31,253 nucleotides of DNA from the NCBI RefSeq assembly GCF_035285525.1, contig NZ_JAYKGW010000156.1, positions 1-31,253 on the forward strand, in the 5' to 3' direction. The notes under the pieces were generated by a model. It saw only the letters and a program-made list of their open reading frames with translations. It ran no database searches and had not been told where the DNA came from. The position numbers were made by a program, and so were the translations under genes. Each line of letters begins with the position of its first letter. Position 1 is the stretch's first letter. Source of the stretch: Okeania sp. GTDB taxonomy: Bacteria > Cyanobacteriota > Cyanobacteriia > Cyanobacteriales > Microcoleaceae. Of the stretch, positions 26,532 to 31,253 are shown piece by piece.

Positions 26532-27755
26532 ATGAAAGTCTTATTTCTACACCCCAATTTTCCTGCCCAATATCGTCACATTATTACCGCATTAGGAGCA
26601 AACCCAGAAAATCAAGTCGTCTTTGGTACAAAAAACGAACGGCCAGAATGGAAAATACCAGGAGTCCATAAAGCATTATTTAACCCCAGTCGAGAACCCC
26701 GTCCAGAAACCCACCATTATGTGCGTCCCCTAGAAAGTGCCGTAATTTATGGACAAGCCGTATTTAGAATGGCCGAACAACTTAAGTCCCAAGGATTTGT
26801 CCCAGATGTAATTTGCGGTCATTCTGGATGGGGACCAACCTTATTTGTCAAAGAAGCATTTCCTGGAACTCCACTTTTGTGCTACTTTGAATGGTTCTAT
26901 CATTCTGAAGGTGCTGATGCCGACTTTGACCCCGCAGAACCCCTAACAGTAGATGATATGGCCAGAATTAGGGTAAAAAACGCCCCCATATTAATAGACT
27001 TATACTCTTGTGATAGGGGTTTGTCTCCCACATATTGGCAGCGTTCCCAATTTCCGTCAGAATTTCAAACTAAACTATCCGTACTCCACGATGGGGTAGA
27101 TACTAATTACTTTAAACCAAATCCTGAAGCTAAACTGGTACTACCCAATCTAGACTTATCTGGAGTAGATGAACTTATAACCTATGTAGCCAGAGGAATG
27201 GAACCATATCGAGGTTTTCCAGAATTTATTGAAGCGATCGCCTACATCCAAGAAAGAAGGCCAAACTGTCATGTGGTAGTAGTCGGTTCCGAAAGAGTTT
27301 GCTATGGTAAATCTTTACCCAATGGTAAAAGCTACAAACAAGAGATGCTGGAAAAAATCCCCTTAGACTTATCAAGAGTTCATTTTGTTGGGTCATTGCC
27401 TTATGGACAATATTTGAAAGTCATTCAAGCATCCGATGTTCACATCTATTTAACTAGACCTTTTGTTCTATCATGGTCAATGATTGAATCCCTATCTACT
27501 GGCTGTTTAATTGTCGGGTCTGATACAGCACCAGTTAAAGAAGTGATTCAAGATGGAGAAAATGGCCTTTTGGTAGATTTCTTTTCTCCTAAGCAAATAG
27601 CCGACCGTGTTGATGAAGTTCTAGAGCATCCAACTCGTATGGCAGAAATACGAGAAAAAGCCCGCCAAACTGTTCTAGAACGTTATGCTTTATCAGATCT
27701 ACTCAGAAAACATTTAGAACTAATTAATCAGGTTGCCAATCGCGCCTTAACATAG
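26532..27755 (+). CDS. Family 4 (GT-B fold) glycosyltransferase
   Basis: 407 aa with MKVLFLHPNFPAQY at the N-terminus and a C-terminal EX7E-type region ESLSTGCLIVGSDTAPVKEVIQDGENGLLV. Confidence 0.8.
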   Translation: MKVLFLHPNFPAQYRHIITALGANPENQVVFGTKNERPEWKIPGVHKALFNPSREPRPETHHYVRPLESAVIYGQAVFRMAEQLKSQGFVPDVICGHSGWGPTLFVKEAFPGTPLLCYFEWFYHSEGADADFDPAEPLTVDDMARIRVKNAPILIDLYSCDRGLSPTYWQRSQFPSEFQTKLSVLHDGVDTNYFKPNPEAKLVLPNLDLSGVDELITYVARGMEPYRGFPEFIEAIAYIQERRPNCHVVVVGSERVCYGKSLPNGKSYKQEMLEKIPLDLSRVHFVGSLPYGQYLKVIQASDVHIYLTRPFVLSWSMIESLSTGCLIVGSDTAPVKEVIQDGENGLLVDFFSPKQIADRVDEVLEHPTRMAEIREKARQTVLERYALSDLLRKHLELINQVANRALT

Positions 27756-28677
27756 ACTATAAACAGGGAAACCAAAACATCCTCTCTTGTTAGTCTAAAT
27801 TAAAGGTAAACTCAAAATTGACCTAAACAGCAATCCGAAATTGGTGGTCAAAATCGTTGTTATGATGGTTGAAAATTTGAAAAATTATGACTCCTGACCT
27901 TTAAATTATGAATTTTAGTTCCTAACTACCACCTAACAAAATCTAGTATTATAACAGCAAAGTAGAATTGCTATATCTGGGAACCTAAAATTAATTAATT
28001 CCGTCCTCCGGTAATGTTTAGACTATAATCAATCATTAAAAAAGCAGCCTGAGAATAAAAATTAGCTTGTACCTTGTACTTCAAAGTTAATAATGCTAAA
28101 CTCACAGGCAAAACATAATCGGCCATTTTTTTGCTGTTCAATTTTCTAGTTAAAGGGTAGAGGAGTAATAGCTGACCAAAAACCTGAAGAAACCTTTTAA
28201 AGGTTACTTAATTTGCAATTATTTAGTTTGAAAAAGGTTCGTCGGAAATTTGGTTAATTCCTTGACAAAAATTCACAAGTGAAGTAAGGAATTTTACAGT
28301 TAGTAACTTGTTTAACAAGGGAATACTCCTGCCTGGCCAAAAACTAAAATTTATCATTGGATAAATGGTCGTAAGTTAAGCGACGTTAAATAATAAACAT
28401 CTGAGTTGCCACAGTGCCGTTTAGAGTAGGCTTCGGGCTGCCCAACTGAAAACTATGGGTCTTGTTCTTTCACAAGACTTTGTCGGCAACAGCCATCACT
28501 TTAACTGGTGATGCTATACATATTCAGGGCACATAGCTTTGAGTAGGTTAAATGTTGCACTTATTTTAGGTAAACAAGTTAAACTACAGCCAAAAATAAC
28601 ATCATTGGCGATCTTAAGTAGTATAACCAAATAGCACAATTGACCATAAATTTATAGATATAGAGGAGTGAAACGGT

Positions 28678-30693
28678 ATGGTTACACTAACTGACGGAGA
28701 CAATACCTTCGATCAGGACGATTCAGGAGAACAGAAACCTGATACGATTAATGCCCTGGGTGGAGATGACCTAATATTGACTTCTACCCTAGGAGGTAGT
28801 CTAGTTCAAGGTGGAGAAGGAAACGATACTTTGCAATCTAGAGGTCCATCTGGCGTAGGGAACTCTGGTTTAGCTGACACTCTTGCAGGCGGTGCTGGAG
28901 ATGATTCCTTAGATTTCCAAGCTGCATCAGGTTTGGGATTTGGAGATGCAGTAAATAACGCCTCAGGATCGGGCAATGACACCTTAGTAGCTGCTTCTCG
29001 AGCTAGCCTTTATGGAGGTAATGGAGATGACTTTCTCCGAGGTTTGATTGGAAATAACCTGTTATTTGGTAATCGAGATAATGACATCCTGATTATGAGC
29101 CAAAGAGATAGTCTGTATGGTGGTAAAGGCGCAGATACTATTAGTTTTTCTGTTGGTAATGGAGTACCAGCAAACCTCGATCCAGCGAATCTAGCTACAC
29201 TATCTAGTGCAACAGGCAATGAGAACTTTATATCTGCAAACTCAAGTACAGATTTCGTTGCAGCTTGGGGCAGTAAAGATACCATCTTTGGTGGAAAGGA
29301 TAACGATACAATATACTCTTTTGGTAGCCAAGTCCGCGCCAGTGGAGATGTAGGTGATGATATAATCATTAACCGGAACCGTGAGACTATAGGGATTCCT
29401 GGTAATAGCACTGCTACAGCTCTAACTGAAATATCAAGGTCTACTTTACTTGGTGGTGAAGGTGATGATTCCATTATAGGTGCAGTTGGGCCATTCCAAG
29501 ATGGTAGAAATTCTCTAGATGGTGGAGTTGGAAACGATACTATTCGTGGTCAAGCGGCAAGAGATACCTTGATTGGTGGTGAAGGTAATGACTACATTGA
29601 AACAGGATTGCTTCCAGAGAACCAGAGCCCGGATAAAGTTACCTCTAGTGGTGTACCACTTAATACTACAGGTTTTTCTGGTCTCAACAGATTGGATGGT
29701 GGTGCAGGAAACGATACCTTAGTAGCAGGATTTTTAACTGACACAATGATCGGTGGTCTAGGTAATGACTGTTTAAGTGGTATATTCAACAACGCAGATG
29801 GTGGTGATGGTGATGACACTATAGATGCTACTACTACAGGTACTTCTGTTACTCAAATTACTCTCCTTGGTGGTGCAGGCGATGACCGTCTATTAGGTAA
29901 TACTAATACTGGTGTAACTAACTACTTCAATGGTGGTACTGGCAATGACTTTATCCAGTTTGGTACAACTAACGACGAATTAATAGGTAACACACAAGGT
30001 GATGATACTATCATTTCACCTCAGGATCCAGGTACAGGAATATCTATTATAGATACTGAAGGTAATAATAGCTTAATTGGTGGTGTAGGAGGAGACACCT
30101 TAGTTGCTGGAGCTGGTGATGACTTCATTGAGGGGGGTCTTGTAGGTGAAGCAACAGGAAACGATAGCCTTGTTGGTGGTGCAGGAAATGATACTATATT
30201 TGGTCGTAGTGGCACTGATACAATTCTTGGTGGTGCTGGTGACGACTATATTGTAGGAGGTATTAATAGTACCGCTGACTCATTAATTGGTGGGGAAGGA
30301 AACGATAGCTTTGTTTTCTTTAGTATAACAGATGCTAGAAACAGTGTTATTGTAGATTTCAATCCTGCTGATGACCAAATCATACTTCTGGATGATGGAT
30401 TTGGTTTAGCCAGCTCTAGTGCAGATTCAGCTATTGCTGCTAATGATTTCGTTTCTGTTCCTTCAGGTGATAACTATGAAAATGGCTTTGCTCGAGTCGC
30501 AAATCCTGTAATTATCTACGAGCGCAACCCAGTACAAATACCAGATCCAGACAGCCCAACATTAGCAGGTTCAGGTCTATTAAAGTACGATCCTAGTGGT
30601 AATGGCGGTCCTGATGATTTAAGTGACGTGGTTACTATTGCACGTCTCAATGGTACTCCAAATCTAACTCAAAGCGACATTTTAATCATCTAA
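28678..30693 (+). CDS. RTX / hemolysin-type calcium-binding repeat protein, probably secreted by a type I system
   Basis: 671 aa, very acidic and Gly/Asp-rich, with about 24 GGxGxD(x)(L/I/F) motifs (GGEGNDTL, GGAGDDSL, GGAGNDTIFGRSGTDTILGGAGDDYIVGG...). There is no N-terminal signal peptide. GAGGAG lies 9 nt before the ATG. Confidence 0.88.
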   Translation: MVTLTDGDNTFDQDDSGEQKPDTINALGGDDLILTSTLGGSLVQGGEGNDTLQSRGPSGVGNSGLADTLAGGAGDDSLDFQAASGLGFGDAVNNASGSGNDTLVAASRASLYGGNGDDFLRGLIGNNLLFGNRDNDILIMSQRDSLYGGKGADTISFSVGNGVPANLDPANLATLSSATGNENFISANSSTDFVAAWGSKDTIFGGKDNDTIYSFGSQVRASGDVGDDIIINRNRETIGIPGNSTATALTEISRSTLLGGEGDDSIIGAVGPFQDGRNSLDGGVGNDTIRGQAARDTLIGGEGNDYIETGLLPENQSPDKVTSSGVPLNTTGFSGLNRLDGGAGNDTLVAGFLTDTMIGGLGNDCLSGIFNNADGGDGDDTIDATTTGTSVTQITLLGGAGDDRLLGNTNTGVTNYFNGGTGNDFIQFGTTNDELIGNTQGDDTIISPQDPGTGISIIDTEGNNSLIGGVGGDTLVAGAGDDFIEGGLVGEATGNDSLVGGAGNDTIFGRSGTDTILGGAGDDYIVGGINSTADSLIGGEGNDSFVFFSITDARNSVIVDFNPADDQIILLDDGFGLASSSADSAIAANDFVSVPSGDNYENGFARVANPVIIYERNPVQIPDPDSPTLAGSGLLKYDPSGNGGPDDLSDVVTIARLNGTPNLTQSDILII

Positions 30694-30719
30694 TTACTAT
30701 CTAATTAGAAAAAAGATAT

Positions 30720-30757
30720 GAGGTAGTGATTTATTTTTAATCACTCCTCTTTTTTTT
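30720..30757 (+). terminator. Rho-independent terminator of the RTX gene
   Basis: GAGGTAGTGATT pairs with TAATCACTCCTC (one bulge) and is followed by T8. Confidence 0.7.
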
Positions 30758-31081
30758 GTCTGAAAAGAGGAAGAAAGGCAGCTATGCTGAAGGCAGAAGC
30801 TTTTATGCCATTTTCACCTTACAGCAATGCATGAGGATGGTGAGGTAAACTTAAATATCTTTGTAGCACAGCCTTCAAGGCTGTAACAACCTGGAAGGTT
30901 GTGTTACCATAATTACTAAACAGAAAATAAAATTTTGTACCTCACGCGCCTCCGAAACTGCTGCAATTTTATACACGCACGGTGCCCGAAAAATCCGATG
31001 GAACCGGACATGATACCAATAGAAATACTAAAATTCTTACTTTTTATATAAAATATGGTAGTTTTAATAAAATTCAATATC

Positions 31082-31105
31082 CTAGGGGTTTGGTCTCCAA
31101 AGCCT
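31082..31105. repeat. Palindromic dispersed repeat CTAGGGGTTTGGTCTCCAAAGCCT (slightly degenerate)
   Basis: Same family as the copies at 4906, 5148, 14195 and others. It is read through by the spurious ORF 30916-31128. Confidence 0.85.
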
Positions 31106-31253
31106 CGACAAATTAGGAGTTTTCGCAAATATAGTCATTCTGAATAAGAGTGGGACACACTCGAAGCGCAATAATCTCTAATAATATCATCAATGGATTT
31201 GTCTTTTCCTTCTTACATTCTTTTCTTCTTTAATGCACCAAAGTCCTGTTCTA

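Noticed and set aside
28678-30693. Minus-strand ORFs 29010-29474, 29592-29819 and 30021-30215 (Pro/Ser-rich)
   Set aside because: They are antisense shadows of the GGT/GAT-rich RTX repeats and lie entirely inside a well-supported CDS.
30916-31128. 70-aa minus-strand ORF
   Set aside because: It starts in and reads through the dispersed palindrome (GFGDQTPR), and there is no other support.
1-31253. tRNA, rRNA, tmRNA, RNase P or SRP RNA genes
   Set aside because: Scanning by eye found no T-arm consensus (GGTTCGAATCC-like), no CCA-ended acceptor structures and no conserved RNase P or rRNA blocks. A tRNAscan/Infernal run would be needed to be certain.

Overview
This is an AT-rich cyanobacterial chromosomal segment, probably from a filamentous Nostocales-type genome. 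That placement is an inference from about 11 HIP1 octamers (GCGATCGC), many STRR-style heptamer arrays, the phycobilisome gene apcF, and a perfect NtcA box upstream of glnA. I support 23 protein-coding genes, mostly housekeeping. They are a thioredoxin-fold protein, a GHL10-like hydrolase, two adjacent GTPase/DUF697 membrane proteins, tlyA, apcF, glnA, two stand-alone SAM methyltransferases, a YbjN-like protein and a lipoate-ligase-family protein. The rest are txlA, a NIL/4Fe-4S ferredoxin, aroK, a pentapeptide-repeat protein, an MDR dehydrogenase, glmU, a methyltransferase-sulfotransferase fusion, a GT4 glycosyltransferase, an RTX-type Ca-binding protein and three hypothetical proteins (two membrane, one small). 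I found no rRNA, tRNA, genuine CRISPR array, transposase, integrase or phage gene. The unusual part is the intergenic DNA. Almost every spacer carries recent tandem duplications (91, 94, 156 and 165 bp, and a 3x 275-330 bp array), small palindromic dispersed repeats, or heptamer arrays. Several of these distort ORF calls or overlap stop codons. I do not see a convincing novel multi-gene system such as a defence island. The best candidates for follow-up are: (i) the tandem array downstream of apcF, in which each unit restarts with a copy of the apcF 3' end; (ii) the periodic array at the 5' window edge; (iii) the canonical/degenerate GTPase-DUF697 gene pair; (iv) the methyltransferase-sulfotransferase / methyltransferase / GT4 / RTX gene run; (v) a perfect CRP-type palindrome in front of a 64-aa ORF. 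All protein family calls come from motif recognition by eye, not from database searches.
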